The notes: generated from the sequence alone by a model not told the origin. A stretch of DNA of 64,000 bases from an uncultured Desulfobacter sp. (GCA_963665095.1 OY762069.1:3456001-3520000), one strand, 5' to 3'; counted from the stretch's first letter, positions 51,702 through 62,575 are shown. Numbers and translations are program-made.

Positions 51702-54146
51702 TCAATGGATCCCGCCGGGTTCCGATTTAATCTTTGACCCCGGCCGAACCTGCTCCAGGGCTGCTGCGGCCATGACCTGGCCAAGGGCAATGCCTGCATC
51801 CCCGCAGGGGACAATGGTGTGGGTATACACCTTAAACCCTTTTGTTTCAAGCAAGCGGGAAATTAAAGAAAAAATGGTATCATTATTAAACACCCCGCCG
51901 GAAAGCACCACCCGGTCAAGGCCGGTCTGCTGCCGGACCTGGTCGGCTGCCGCCACCATCATCTCCGACAGGGTCAGATGAAACCGGGCCGAAATCAGGC
52001 CCGTGGAGACACCGTCTCTGATATCGGCCACCATCTGCTGCACACAGGGTGATAGATCCATGATCAGACACGGGGGCAACGTCGAATCCATTTCCGAATG
52101 CTGACCCGGAGCAGAATTCTGACCCGAACTCTGACCCGAACTCTGACCTGTCCGGATCTCAAAGGAATAGGCTGCCTGATCTTCCTGCTGTGGATCTGCC
52201 GCCGCCTCAAGGGCCATGGCCGCCTGGCTGTCGTAGGTGATGGTCCGGCAGATCATCAGAAGCGCGGCCACGGCATCAAAGAGCCGGCCCGTGCTGGAGG
52301 TCAAAGGAGAGTTCACCTGCCGGTCTATCATCTGGATCAAAAATGAAAGTTTTTTTTCATCCAGGCTCCGGATAAAGGGGATGGGAAGGGTTACTGTTTC
52401 CGGGCCGAACACCTTATATAACAGGGAGACCGCCATGCGCCAGGGTTCCAGAACTGCTGCATCCCCGCCGGGCATGGGCAGGTAATCCAGCCGGGCACAG
52501 CGGTCAAACCCCTCATAGGTACAGGCCAGAATCTCTCCCCCCCAGATATGGCCGTCCGTGCCAAGGCCGGTGCCGTCCAAGGTCAGGGCAAGGACCTTTC
52601 CATCCAGATGATTTTCCGCCATGCAGGAGAGCGCATGGGCATGGTGGTGCTGGACCCCTGCCAGGGGCAGGCCCTCTTTTTCCAGCATCCGGGCGTATTG
52701 GGTGGAAAAATATCCCGGGTGAAGATCGCCTGCCACACAGTCCGGCCGGATATCCATAATTTTTTGCATGTGCCCGATGGTCTCTTTGTAAAATCCCTGC
52801 ACCTGAAGGGATTCCAGATCCCCGATGTGGGGACTTAAAAACGCATATCTGCCCTTTGTCAGGCAGATGGTGGATTTCATCCCCGCCCCGCATCCAAGGA
52901 TATTGGGAAGGCCTTCCCCTGCCAGGGGGCCTAAATCCACAGGCAGCGGGGCATATCCCCTGGACCGCCTTAAAAAACGGACCTTTCCCTTTTGAATCCT
53001 GGCAATGGAATCATCTGCCCGGAAAAAGATCTCCCGGTTGTGGAGCAGAAAATAGTCGGCAATATGGGAGAAGGCATCCAGGGCATCGTCATTATCAATG
53101 GAGAGGGGTTCGCCGGAGCGGTTTCCCGAGGTCATGACCAGAATACCGGGCCCCTTGTCTAACAGAAGATAGTGCAGCGGGGTGTAGGGCAGCATGATCC
53201 CCAGACACAGGTTGTCCAAGGATAGGTTGGCCGCAAGGCCCGCCCCCTGAATCCGGGCCGAATCCTTTTTATTTAGTAGTACAATGGGCCGGTGATAGGA
53301 GCGTAGAAGCGCTTTTTCATCTTCATCCATATCCACATGGTCGAACAGCGGCGAATCCCAGGGCGCCATCAGGGCAAAGGGTTTATGGGGGCGCTTTTTT
53401 CTTTGGCGCAAAAGTCCCACCGCATGGGCATTGGCCGCATCCACAGCCAGATGAAACCCGCCAAGACCCTTGACTGCCACAATTTTCCCCTGGGCCAGGA
53501 ACTGTGCCGCAAGCGAGATGGCCTTTGCCGGATCCCCGCCATCCACGGGGTTCCCGCAGCTGTCCGTGAGAAACACCTTGGGTCCGCAAACCGGGCAGGC
53601 ATTGGGCTGGGCATGAAACCTTCGGTCATAGGGATCTTCATATTCCCTTTGGCAGTCCGGGCACATGGGAAAGGATTTCATGGAGGTTTTGGGCCGGTCG
53701 TAGGGGATGTCCTCGATGATGGTGTATCTGGGCCCGCAATTGGTGCAGTTGATAAAGGGATATTCAAACCGGCGGTCGCCCGGGTCCTGCATCTCTTTAA
53801 GACAGTCCGGACAGACCCCCACATCCGGGGAGATCAGGGTGGATCGGGTCTCAGCGCCCTGGCTTTTAATAATTTTAAAATCTGTAAAATCCCCGGGAGT
53901 GGTCTCCTGCGCCACAATATTTGAAATCTGCGACAGGACAGGTTTTTTTTTAAGGATATCTGAAAGAAAGGCATCCAGGTCACAAGTGCTGCCCTGGACA
54001 AAAAGCGTCACGCCGGAAGCGGTATTGGCCACATGGCCGCAAAGATGATGGACCCTGGCAAGGCCGAATAAAAAGGGGCGGAATCCAACACCCTGAACCA
54101 CCCCTGAAATCTCTACCTTTTTTGCCGAAAGGCCGGAATCACCCAT
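51702..54146 (-). CDS. hypF: Carbamoyltransferase HypF
   Basis: GVVQGVGFRPF, two zinc fingers, KGLGGFHL, QHHHAH, GDAGIALGQ. Confidence 0.96.
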   Translation of the reverse strand: MGDSGLSAKKVEISGVVQGVGFRPFLFGLARVHHLCGHVANTASGVTLFVQGSTCDLDAFLSDILKKKPVLSQISNIVAQETTPGDFTDFKIIKSQGAETRSTLISPDVGVCPDCLKEMQDPGDRRFEYPFINCTNCGPRYTIIEDIPYDRPKTSMKSFPMCPDCQREYEDPYDRRFHAQPNACPVCGPKVFLTDSCGNPVDGGDPAKAISLAAQFLAQGKIVAVKGLGGFHLAVDAANAHAVGLLRQRKKRPHKPFALMAPWDSPLFDHVDMDEDEKALLRSYHRPIVLLNKKDSARIQGAGLAANLSLDNLCLGIMLPYTPLHYLLLDKGPGILVMTSGNRSGEPLSIDNDDALDAFSHIADYFLLHNREIFFRADDSIARIQKGKVRFLRRSRGYAPLPVDLGPLAGEGLPNILGCGAGMKSTICLTKGRYAFLSPHIGDLESLQVQGFYKETIGHMQKIMDIRPDCVAGDLHPGYFSTQYARMLEKEGLPLAGVQHHHAHALSCMAENHLDGKVLALTLDGTGLGTDGHIWGGEILACTYEGFDRCARLDYLPMPGGDAAVLEPWRMAVSLLYKVFGPETVTLPIPFIRSLDEKKLSFLIQMIDRQVNSPLTSSTGRLFDAVAALLMICRTITYDSQAAMALEAAADPQQEDQAAYSFEIRTGQSSGQSSGQNSAPGQHSEMDSTLPPCLIMDLSPCVQQMVADIRDGVSTGLISARFHLTLSEMMVAAADQVRQQTGLDRVVLSGGVFNNDTIFSLISRLLETKGFKVYTHTIVPCGDAGIALGQVMAAAALEQVRPGSKIKSEPGGIH

Positions 54147-54156
54147 ACAGACAAAG

Positions 54157-54387
54157 TCAGGCCGGGCCGCCGCCCAGCTCAAGAATTTTGCGCATGTCTG
54201 CAATGGTCTGAAGTGCTGCTTCCTCATCCACTTTGGATATGGCAAATCCGGCATGAACAATGACATAATCACCGATACCGGCATCTTCGAGCAGCATCAG
54301 GCTTGCCTCTCGGACCACTCCGTCCACTTCCACCTTTGCCACTGCATTGTTGATTTCAATTATTTTTGAAGGTACGGCCAAACACAT
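54157..54387 (-). CDS. hypC: Hydrogenase chaperone HypC
   Basis: MCLAVP…GDYVIVHAGFAI. Confidence 0.96.
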   Translation of the reverse strand: MCLAVPSKIIEINNAVAKVEVDGVVREASLMLLEDAGIGDYVIVHAGFAISKVDEEAALQTIADMRKILELGGGPA

Positions 54388-54703
54388 AAGTCTTAACTTT
54401 CCATCCAGTCAGTTTAAATTTTCTGATACATATTTCACAGTATACCACAAGCACCTCTGTGAACAACCCCGAATTCGTGTCCTTCCCAATTACAAACCGG
54501 GAATCAGTCCGTCATCATTTTTTTATTTGATTCCTTTCAAGAAAGCCATGACATTGGTACTATCAGTGACAGCAGCCATGATAAAAAAGTCAGCAGTCCC
54601 GAACTGATATAAGAGGAATAACACTTGAGACAGGCTGCCCGATGAAACATTTGCGCCGGGATACCGGTAAAAAAGCCATGCCAGAAAAAGGACAGAAGCA
54701 CCC

Positions 54704-55588
54704 ATGAAAATCTATCTTGACTGTATACCATGTTTTATCCGGCAGGCGCTTGAGGCTGTCACAATGGTCACCAGTGACACCAAACAGCAGGAAACCGTCA
54801 TCAGGAAAGTTCTGGCCCTGGCCGCAGACATGGATATGGCACAGACACCGCCGGTAATGGCCCAGCAGATTCACCGCATGGTCCGGGAACTGGCACAGGA
54901 TAATGATCCCTATCGCGACGTCAAAAGGCAGTTTACGCAGCTGGCCTTGCAGCTTCTTCCCGGGATGGAAAAAGCTGTCCGGGAGGCTGACGATCCGTTG
55001 GGCGCAGCCGTACGCCTGGCCATTGCCGGAAATATTATTGATTTCGGCGTCACCGCAAATATAGCTGAAGATCAAGTGGAAAAAGAGTTAAACAACGCCT
55101 TGGCCTGCGATATTGACGAGCATCAGCTTGATCTGTTCAGAAAAGAGATAAATAAGGCGGATACCATTCTTTATCTGACTGACAATGCCGGAGAAATTGT
55201 TTTTGACCGCCTTCTCATTGAACAGATCGATCCGAAAAAAGTGACAGTGGCTGTGAAGGGGTTCCCCATCATAAACGATGCCACGCGTGAGGATGCGCAT
55301 TTGGCCGGGCTGGACACCATGGTCAGATTAATTGATAACGGCACCGACATCCCGGGAACCGACCTGAAGAACGGATCTGAGGCGCTTAAAGAGCTGTTTG
55401 ACCGGGCAGACCTGGTTATCTCCAAGGGCCAGGGAAACTATGAGACGCTCAGCGACATGAATAAAAACATCTTTTTCATTTTAAAAGCCAAGTGTACCGT
55501 TATCGCAAAGGATATAGGATGCTGTGTGGGAAGCATGATCCTGACCGGAAGTCATTCATACAAAAACGTTACGGCCCGGACAATCTGA
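54704..55588 (+). CDS. DUF89/ARMT1-like damage-control phosphatase
   Basis: DCIPC, AIAGNIIDF, TDNAGEIVFD, SKGQGNYETL. Confidence 0.9.
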   Translation: MKIYLDCIPCFIRQALEAVTMVTSDTKQQETVIRKVLALAADMDMAQTPPVMAQQIHRMVRELAQDNDPYRDVKRQFTQLALQLLPGMEKAVREADDPLGAAVRLAIAGNIIDFGVTANIAEDQVEKELNNALACDIDEHQLDLFRKEINKADTILYLTDNAGEIVFDRLLIEQIDPKKVTVAVKGFPIINDATREDAHLAGLDTMVRLIDNGTDIPGTDLKNGSEALKELFDRADLVISKGQGNYETLSDMNKNIFFILKAKCTVIAKDIGCCVGSMILTGSHSYKNVTARTI

Positions 55589-55701
55589 GGCCCAGCCGCC
55601 TTCCCCGACATCGAAACGCCTGATGACACCCTGGGGCCAGGGGTGAACACGGCTTGACAAAAACAACACCGGGGACTTGGCATCCCCAATGGAGAATCAG
55701 G

Positions 55702-57111
55702 ATGATTTACCGAATGTTAAAAACAGCACTCCTTTTTCTCCTGCTGCCCCATCTGGCGCTTCTGTCTTTCCATGCGGCCCTTCTGGTTACAAACCAGGCC
55801 GGCCCTTCCCTGGAAACAATTCTATACGGGGGCATGGTCCTTATCTGCCTGTTCTCCTTTATCCATGGTGTCTGGAAGGATCGTAAAAAAGGCCCGTCTG
55901 CTGTAACGCATCGCTTCATTATTTTGCCCCTGGTACTGGCAGGTACCCTGGTCTGGCTGGGGCAGGACGGCCCGTTGCCAGAAAACGACTATCAGGATAC
56001 GGATGTCGTCTGTGCTTCTGATTCCGGATACCTGCTGTTAAAACAATTGAGCGACATGGATGCCCAGACTATTCTGGCACCTGTCCCGGAAGGGCTGGAC
56101 GCTTTAAAGAATGATCCGGTTCAGTTCGAAGCCACCTGGAAAAAAATGAAGCCGTACAGACAGATTGTTGATGAGCTGTCAAAAACGGAAACCATTTGCG
56201 ATCTCTCACCGAACGCCCCCATTGACGGAAAAATTGTCTATCTGAATATCACTCATCTAAAAACCTTAACCCGGATTTATAACCAACATTTCTTATCCGG
56301 TGTCCAATTTGACGCCCGCGGACCCGAAGATGAATTTATCCGGCTGTTCACCCTCTGGACAACGGCGTTTAAAACCGCACGAATCTTTCTGCACAAAATA
56401 ATGTTTGCCTCTTTTCTGGAATCCCAGATTCAGACGGCGTTTCAGGCTGTCTCTTCGGGCAGATGTAATGGAAAGACCCGTGAACAGCTTGAAAATATGA
56501 CAAGGCAGTTCAATGCTTCCGCAATATCTTTGAAACTGCCGGCAATCACCGAATACCTGATCCTGAAAAACACCCTGCTTAACGTCAGCCCGGCACATCT
56601 GCTGGACTGGCAGGTGGTTTCCCCGGATCCTGTGGAAGCAGGGCATGACCAGAACCCCGGCCTTTCAAGGTGGGTCTGGTATTTCTGCTTTAAGCCCAAT
56701 CTGACAGTGACCGGAATAAAGCCATATTTTGATCACCTGATCAAAGGTTACGCCCACCCCCCGACAGATTTAAGCCGGGCAAAAGATTACATGGACAGAT
56801 ATTTAACTCGTCTTCCGGTCAAAAATCTGGTGGGATGGGTGTTAAATGCCATAGCTGCGCCTGATTTTTCCCGTTTCAGTTCACGGGTTGAATCGGTAAA
56901 AATCAAAAATGATCTTTTAACGGCAGCCATATGCCTGACCCTGAAAAAAGACCCGGAGGTAATTGATCTATATACGCAACACGCCCTGCGCTTTAAAGAA
57001 AAAAGAGGTCAGATGATCCATCCGGGGGCAGACGGTCAGTATGACACCAAAGATGATATCATCCTGGATTGCCAGCAGCCAGGCCCGATCCGCAACAAAA
57101 CAGGAAAGTAG
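55702..57111 (+). CDS. Hypothetical membrane protein
   Basis: Three N-terminal TM segments; C-terminal GADGQYDTKDD; start uncertain. Confidence 0.6.
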   Translation: MIYRMLKTALLFLLLPHLALLSFHAALLVTNQAGPSLETILYGGMVLICLFSFIHGVWKDRKKGPSAVTHRFIILPLVLAGTLVWLGQDGPLPENDYQDTDVVCASDSGYLLLKQLSDMDAQTILAPVPEGLDALKNDPVQFEATWKKMKPYRQIVDELSKTETICDLSPNAPIDGKIVYLNITHLKTLTRIYNQHFLSGVQFDARGPEDEFIRLFTLWTTAFKTARIFLHKIMFASFLESQIQTAFQAVSSGRCNGKTREQLENMTRQFNASAISLKLPAITEYLILKNTLLNVSPAHLLDWQVVSPDPVEAGHDQNPGLSRWVWYFCFKPNLTVTGIKPYFDHLIKGYAHPPTDLSRAKDYMDRYLTRLPVKNLVGWVLNAIAAPDFSRFSSRVESVKIKNDLLTAAICLTLKKDPEVIDLYTQHALRFKEKRGQMIHPGADGQYDTKDDIILDCQQPGPIRNKTGK

Positions 57112-57417
57112 TTTAAGAGCTTACAGCAGATCCAATCCCATGGCCCTTAAAAGTTTAATCCTTCTCTCTTTCCCTGCATTTAGAACGTGGTAAAGATCTT
57201 TTCATAAATTCCTTGGGGAGGTGGCGTTTTGGGCAGCATGCGGTATTTATCAATTTTCTGTACGGGTTTGGTGCCGGTAATGGCGGATGCAATACTATCC
57301 GGATGCGGGCCGGGGGCATATGTCCTGGACTGCAATCCCTTTGCGCCGGTCAATCCTATAACGGTTGTATCAAGGGTGAACATCCTGTGTTATGCCGTGG
57401 TCTTTTTCTGGTTCCGT

Positions 57418-58365
57418 ATGTTCGAGGCGGTCCCGGTGGCCCGGGGCCTGACCTACAAGGAGGCCGGGGCCAGGCTCTATATTTCCGAACGAACGGTCAA
57501 GTACCACATGGGAGAGATTGTGGAGCGCCTGCAGCTTGCCAACAAGCACCAGGAATCGACAACAACACGCCGGTCTTTTCTGAAGACCGCCGCTGCCTCG
57601 ACACTGCTGATGGCCAGCGGCAGCACCGGTTTAATCTCCGGGTGTGACCGCGATAAACCTTTTGTCGTAAGCGCTTATTCGAAAATCCTGCTCCATGATT
57701 TCCGCCTCTTTGACGGTATTCAGGGCCAATTGAGCAACAACCTGGTGATTCCGATAGCTGGTGACCGGATCGAGGGCATCGAACAGGCGGGAAGCCTTGA
57801 ACAGTACAGGGATTATCACCGTATCGACTTGAAGGGAATGACGCTCCTGCCGGGGCTCATCGACAATCATGTCCATATCACGGTTCCCTTTATGTACAAC
57901 GTAAACCTGCAGGCGGCCTGGCAGATGAACGAGCAGGTCGGGCGCAACTTTAAAAATTGCATCCTCAACGGTGTGACCACCGTCCGGGATGTGGGCGGCT
58001 TTCCCGGAAAAATCAACCGCTTTCGCGAGATGTGTGACCGCGGCGAAATCCCGGGACCCCGCGTTGTCAGCTCTCTCTCGCCTATTGCCGCACGGGATGG
58101 CAACCTGCTCGGGGCTCCCGAAGCGGCAGAGCAGATGTCATCCAGGCTGACGGCTTTTCTGGAGAACGAAAACCGGACCTTGGAAGGCGAAGCCTATGAG
58201 AACCTGCAGGGCCACCCGGTCTATGAACGAAAAATGTTTCCCAACGTTCTGGCCAATCTCAGGAAGCTTTACGATTCCGGCGCCAAAATCGGCGTCGGAA
58301 CGGATATCCGGGCCATGGACAGGTTGCGGTTCGTTATGAAAGGCGGTGTCGTATACCCTGTCTGA
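57418..58365 (+). pseudogene. Chimeric remnant: LuxR HTH fragment + Tat/lipoprotein signal + internally deleted amidohydrolase
   Basis: GLTYKEAGARLYISERTVKYH; TRRSFLK…LISGC; PGLIDNHVH, GVTTVRDVG, GTDI, VMKGG with large missing segments. Confidence 0.7.
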
Positions 58366-58473
58366 AACAGTCACAGCAGAAAAGGGGTCAGATCTTGAAA
58401 TATCACTTTTTTTTCTTATTAATGACTTTGCTGACAGTAATTCGAGGGCCGCTTTACCTAATTTCAACATCAA

Positions 58474-58580
58474 ATATGACTTAAATTTTTAAGCCGTATT
58501 CAAGGCGTGCTACTGGGAGCATATTCGAAGTATGTGCCCAGTGACGCAACGCAGAAGACGGCTTAAAAGGCAAGTCATAT
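58474..58580. repeat. About 107-bp imperfect palindromic element (MITE/REP-like)
   Basis: Nested arms ATATGACTT/AAGTCATAT, TTAAGCCGT/ACGGCTTAA, ACTGGG/CCCAGT. Confidence 0.7.
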
Positions 58581-58618
58581 GAATGGTTTTATTTTGATTG
58601 CGAGCCTGACCCAAAGGC

Positions 58619-58995
58619 TCAGGCATTGATAATTTTTATATCATATTTAGATATCATTTATCCCGGGTAATCAATGTCAGCTTTTCAATCATGGACTGGG
58701 CAACCAGCATTCGGTCAAAGGGATCTTGGTGAATATCAGGCAGTTTCCCGGCAAGTTGAGCATGTTCAAATCTCATGGGTAACTGGGTGAAACGATGGCG
58801 TCTGATCTCTTCAAGAAGGTTGTCCGGGGCTTCAAGTTTACCCAGGGCCATTTTTATGCTGATTTCCCAGACCGAGGCGGCACTTACAAATACTATATTT
58901 TTGGCGTCAACAATAGCGGTTACAGCCGATGGTGAAAGTGTTGGATTGTTTTCCAGTGCCCAGATAAGTACATGGGTATCAAGAAGAATATTCAT
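58619..58995 (-). pseudogene. vapC: VapC/PIN toxin with a 1-bp frameshift near the C-terminus
   Basis: LLDTHVLIW, HQDPFDRML; stops at LITRDK*, one extra A restores …RDKMISKYDIKIINA*. Confidence 0.75.
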
Positions 58996-59252
58996 TGTTG
59001 ATCCGGGAAAATAGTGGAATTGTAAAAATTGTCTGCGATCCTTTCGTCAATCTGGTTAAAATCATCAGATACTTTTACTTTACCTTCCCAATTCCCGCCT
59101 AATTTGCGTGGTGTGTGATCCTGTTTGTAAGCAGACAAAACAGCAATGGGTTTTCCTGCTTTTCCGATAATAACAGGTTCATCCGTTTCCTGGACCATTT
59201 TTATTAAATAGGACAAGTTGGCCTTTGCTTCTGAAATAGTTTTAATATGCAT
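58992..59252 (-). CDS. Phd/YefM antitoxin
   Basis: TISEAKANLS…VIIGKAGKPIAVL; AGGAGG RBS. Confidence 0.9.
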   Translation of the reverse strand: MHIKTISEAKANLSYLIKMVQETDEPVIIGKAGKPIAVLSAYKQDHTPRKLGGNWEGKVKVSDDFNQIDERIADNFYNSTIFPDQQ

Positions 59253-59524
59253 CAGCTGCCTCCTTTGGAAAAGATACAAATAAAAGTTAGTCTGGTCTGG
59301 TCTGGTCTGATTGTCAAGCGCATAATGGCTTGGCATGGATTGGGTTGAGACGCATAATTGTGCCGGGTTTTATAATTCTGCTGTATGTCCGGCAACCACA
59401 TAAACAGGATCAGACATGCGGATTTTGGCAAATGTCTGTCGTCCACCGGCCATGGGTAGCCCCGCAGAGACCGGGTTGAAATAGATAGTGTTTGGACGAA
59501 AAGTCACCCATCTGCGGCGTTGCA

Positions 59525-59935
59525 GAAAAATTTGGGTGGAATCTCGATCATGGCCTTGTTGATCAGCACGGCCACAGGGTTGAGATCGGAGGCATAACTC
59601 TCCAATCCCAGGCGCTGGGACTCCAGGGGAAGGGCAACTTCAATCAGCTTTTTTCCAGTTCCCGGTCAACCGGCTCAAAACCAAGCTCCTTTTCAACGGA
59701 CATGACAACGGCTCTGGCCCTGGCAGCGGCGGCCTGGGTATTCAGGGGCGGGTATATGCCTGTCACGTCTGCAGTCTGTGTGTCCGCATCCCCGGCCATG
59801 GTGCTGACAAGTCCTTTGGGCACAATCAGTATCCCGCTGATCACCACCGGCGGCAGGGGGGAGATCCGGGCCTCCAGATCAAGCGCTTCAAGGCGTTTCT
59901 GCAAACGGCCCTGGAGCAGGTCCGCCCACTTCCCG
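59525..59935 (-). pseudogene. Fused remnants of a SNF2/DUF3883 helicase C-terminus and a DUF1156-type adenine methyltransferase
   Basis: ISPLPPVVISGILIVP…[13 protein letters not shown] then, in another frame, [42 protein letters not shown]. Confidence 0.7.
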
Positions 59936-60098
59936 GCCACAATATTCCACAGGTGGCACACTTCGGTCTGGCCGATGCGGTGGTACTATTGAACTGACCG
60001 GTATAAAAAGAGTCCCTGTTGCAGATCAAACTCAACCCAGGGAGTTGAGGCCTGTCAAAGGGTAAATCCCGGGGGCTGTATCGCCCCCGAAGATCCAA

Positions 60099-60548
60099 CT
60101 ATTTTTTTTCGAGCCCGGCCAGATAGGCCTCAAATGCCTGTTTCCCTTCAGTTTCCCAAAATGCCTGGTAGTGGGTTTGGTCCGGCCCGGAAAGGTGGGT
60201 TGCGTCCGCTGTCGCCTCCTTGTCGCCGGCACGGTCATGCCACTTTGTTCGATGGCTGAAACAGCTCAACCTGTCATTTTTCTCCTTTAATCCGTGGGGC
60301 CTGTGGCCAAAGCCTCCGAACACCAGCCGGGCAAGGATAATGATCCCCACAGCCTGCCAGTAGGTGATTTCAGGTAGATCGAATATGGGTGTAAGCGTGG
60401 CAGCCCAAAGGTATTTCACGGCCATGCCGAAAATCAGGGTGAACAAGGTGGCCAATGCCAGCCCCGTACAAACCCAGAAAATGATCCTGTGAAAATTTCC
60501 GGCCATTCGTCTGCCGTTTGATTGATTATCGTTGGTTTTCATGTTCAA
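60099..60548 (-). CDS. Conserved membrane protein coupled to an ECF sigma factor
   Basis: LPEITYWQAVGIIILARLVFGG; overlaps the sigma factor stop. Confidence 0.7.
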   Translation of the reverse strand: MNMKTNDNQSNGRRMAGNFHRIIFWVCTGLALATLFTLIFGMAVKYLWAATLTPIFDLPEITYWQAVGIIILARLVFGGFGHRPHGLKEKNDRLSCFSHRTKWHDRAGDKEATADATHLSGPDQTHYQAFWETEGKQAFEAYLAGLEKK

Positions 60549-61099
60549 TACTCCATAGACTTATGTTTATTTTTTTTAACTTCACCAAGCAGTTTTTTCA
60601 TTGCCCGGGATTTTTTGGACAGTAAGGTGTTAATGGGGATCTTCCATCTTGAAGAGAGCTCTTTGAATGTCCGGCCTTCAATTTCCGTTGCGATGACAAG
60701 GGCCCGCTCCTCTTGGGAAAGGCGGTTCAGATGTTCATAAAGCTCTTCAATCGTTTCTTTTCTTTGGATGTCGGGGCTGCCGCCGGCCTCTTTTAAAATA
60801 TCGGCAAAGCAGATCTCTTCGGTTCTGTTCACAGGTGCATCAAGGGAGACGGTGTTTCGTTTCAACCTGAAATAATCAACGATCTCGTTGCGCAGGGATC
60901 TGTATACGTATGCAGACAGATTTTCCACAGGGGCTGAAATATCCGCACGGGAGAACAGGTTGGCCGCCACTTCCTGGACAAAATCCTCCGCATCCTGGGC
61001 AGCCAGGTCGTCCACCTTTTTACGGACAAAGCCGACCATCCTCTTATACTCCGAGGCAAAGAATTCGGTCAGACGATTTCGTTGTGTTTGAATAGTCAT
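60545..61099 (-). CDS. ECF-family RNA polymerase sigma factor
   Basis: DAEDFVQE, RNEIVDYFR, region 4 TFKELS…INTLLSKKSRA. Confidence 0.9.
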   Translation of the reverse strand: MTIQTQRNRLTEFFASEYKRMVGFVRKKVDDLAAQDAEDFVQEVAANLFSRADISAPVENLSAYVYRSLRNEIVDYFRLKRNTVSLDAPVNRTEEICFADILKEAGGSPDIQRKETIEELYEHLNRLSQEERALVIATEIEGRTFKELSSRWKIPINTLLSKKSRAMKKLLGEVKKNKHKSMEY

Positions 61100-61101
61100 C
61101 T

Positions 61102-61746
61102 TTAAGCGTTTTTAATTAACAGCGAAAACCAGAAATAGGGAAACGGGTTCTTAAAGGTAATCTCCTTTTCTCCAATCCCCATACTCATCAGCATCGAAAT
61201 GATTTCCACTTTAGTATATGCTGCCCGCACGGATTCAAACAAGCCGTTGCCCAACGGTAAATAATAGAGCCATGAAACCCGTTTCAAGTCATGAATAAAA
61301 AGGGTGCCGGTCTGGTTTAATCGACCCATCAGGTGGCGCAGGGCAAGTTCTGGATTGGCCCAGTGATGCAGGGAAAACGTAGAGTAAATAAAGTCGAACC
61401 GCCCTAACGATTCCACAACTTCCCGGTCCTCAATGCTCCCCTGAATAAATCGGACGTTATCTCCGACCCCTTTTTCCTGTAAATACGCTTCAGCAAAGTA
61501 AATCATTTCGGGGGATGGTTCCAGGGCTGTGATTTGGGCTAAAGGTTTTTTTTCTGCAATCTTTGCCGTAAGAAACCCCGGCCCTGGACCTATTTCCAGA
61601 AAATGCCCCTCTGGATTCAGTTGGTGAAAATCCTTTAAAAAAGCCTTGAACTGGGTGCCTGCTCCCTTTTCATGGCGGGCCAGATACTCGGCAGCGTTTT
61701 GGTCTTCTGAAAACGTCTCATCCTTATGCGGAACTCGCATGGTCAT
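61102..61746 (-). CDS. Class I SAM-dependent methyltransferase
   Basis: LEIGPGPG, FDFIYSTFSLHHW. Confidence 0.9.
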   Translation of the reverse strand: MTMRVPHKDETFSEDQNAAEYLARHEKGAGTQFKAFLKDFHQLNPEGHFLEIGPGPGFLTAKIAEKKPLAQITALEPSPEMIYFAEAYLQEKGVGDNVRFIQGSIEDREVVESLGRFDFIYSTFSLHHWANPELALRHLMGRLNQTGTLFIHDLKRVSWLYYLPLGNGLFESVRAAYTKVEIISMLMSMGIGEKEITFKNPFPYFWFSLLIKNA

Positions 61747-62333
61747 ATTATATATACTCCTGTAAAAATATTCTTATTAAGTGTCAAAAATCCGTTCGCG
61801 TTTAAACCGGTTCTATGTGTCTTAACGAATATTTTTCAGAATTTATTGCATTGTTGAAAAAAAAAGATCTGCTGTTGATTTTCAGAGAGGAAATATTATA
61901 ACGCACTGCCATGATAAAAGTTATCTCAAAATATTTATTTTGAGATGGCTCCTAATACGAATCAAGCAATGTCATAAACCGCAGTAAAGAGATGACGGTT
62001 ACATCACTGCTGACAGCGAATTCATCATCCCCCTGGACTTGTTAGGCACGAAGTGAAGCTTTAGCGCTCAACAGGCTCGGAAGCAACCATCTGAAACTAT
62101 GGCGTGAAGATGGGGATTGAAATTCAGAAAGTGGCCGTATGTCTGAACAGCAATACTGGCACCGGGAACAGCATCTCAATCCGGGACCGTAGATTTAAGG
62201 TACACTGTAATAACATTCCATGCGCATTTAGAAAGTTTTGCCAGTAAAGTGCGGTCATAGAAAAAATAAATCCGTAACCGTTTAGGGATGCTGAAAACCC
62301 ATTGTCGGTAGGAAACATCCTTTAAAACATTGG

Positions 62334-62575
62334 TCAGCAGCCATTCTCCATATTCGACAACCCTTTTCTGATGACAGGAGGGGCAAAAATGCCGGCGCTT
62401 GCAAGAAAATGCCAGGAGGTACTCATGGCCACATTCTTCACAACGGCCCCGGCACCCCCCCTATGAAGATCACCACAGTCGAGATATCTGTAAATCACAG
62501 TCATGACGTATGTTCGCCAATAGCCATATCGGGATTTATACATATCATCCCACACCCGTTCCAACTCTTTGGACA
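62334..62575 (-). pseudogene. IS91-family transposase zinc-binding-domain fragment
   Basis: YRYLDCGDLHRG then frameshifted RCEECGHEYLLAFSCKRRHFCPSCHQKR. Confidence 0.75.
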
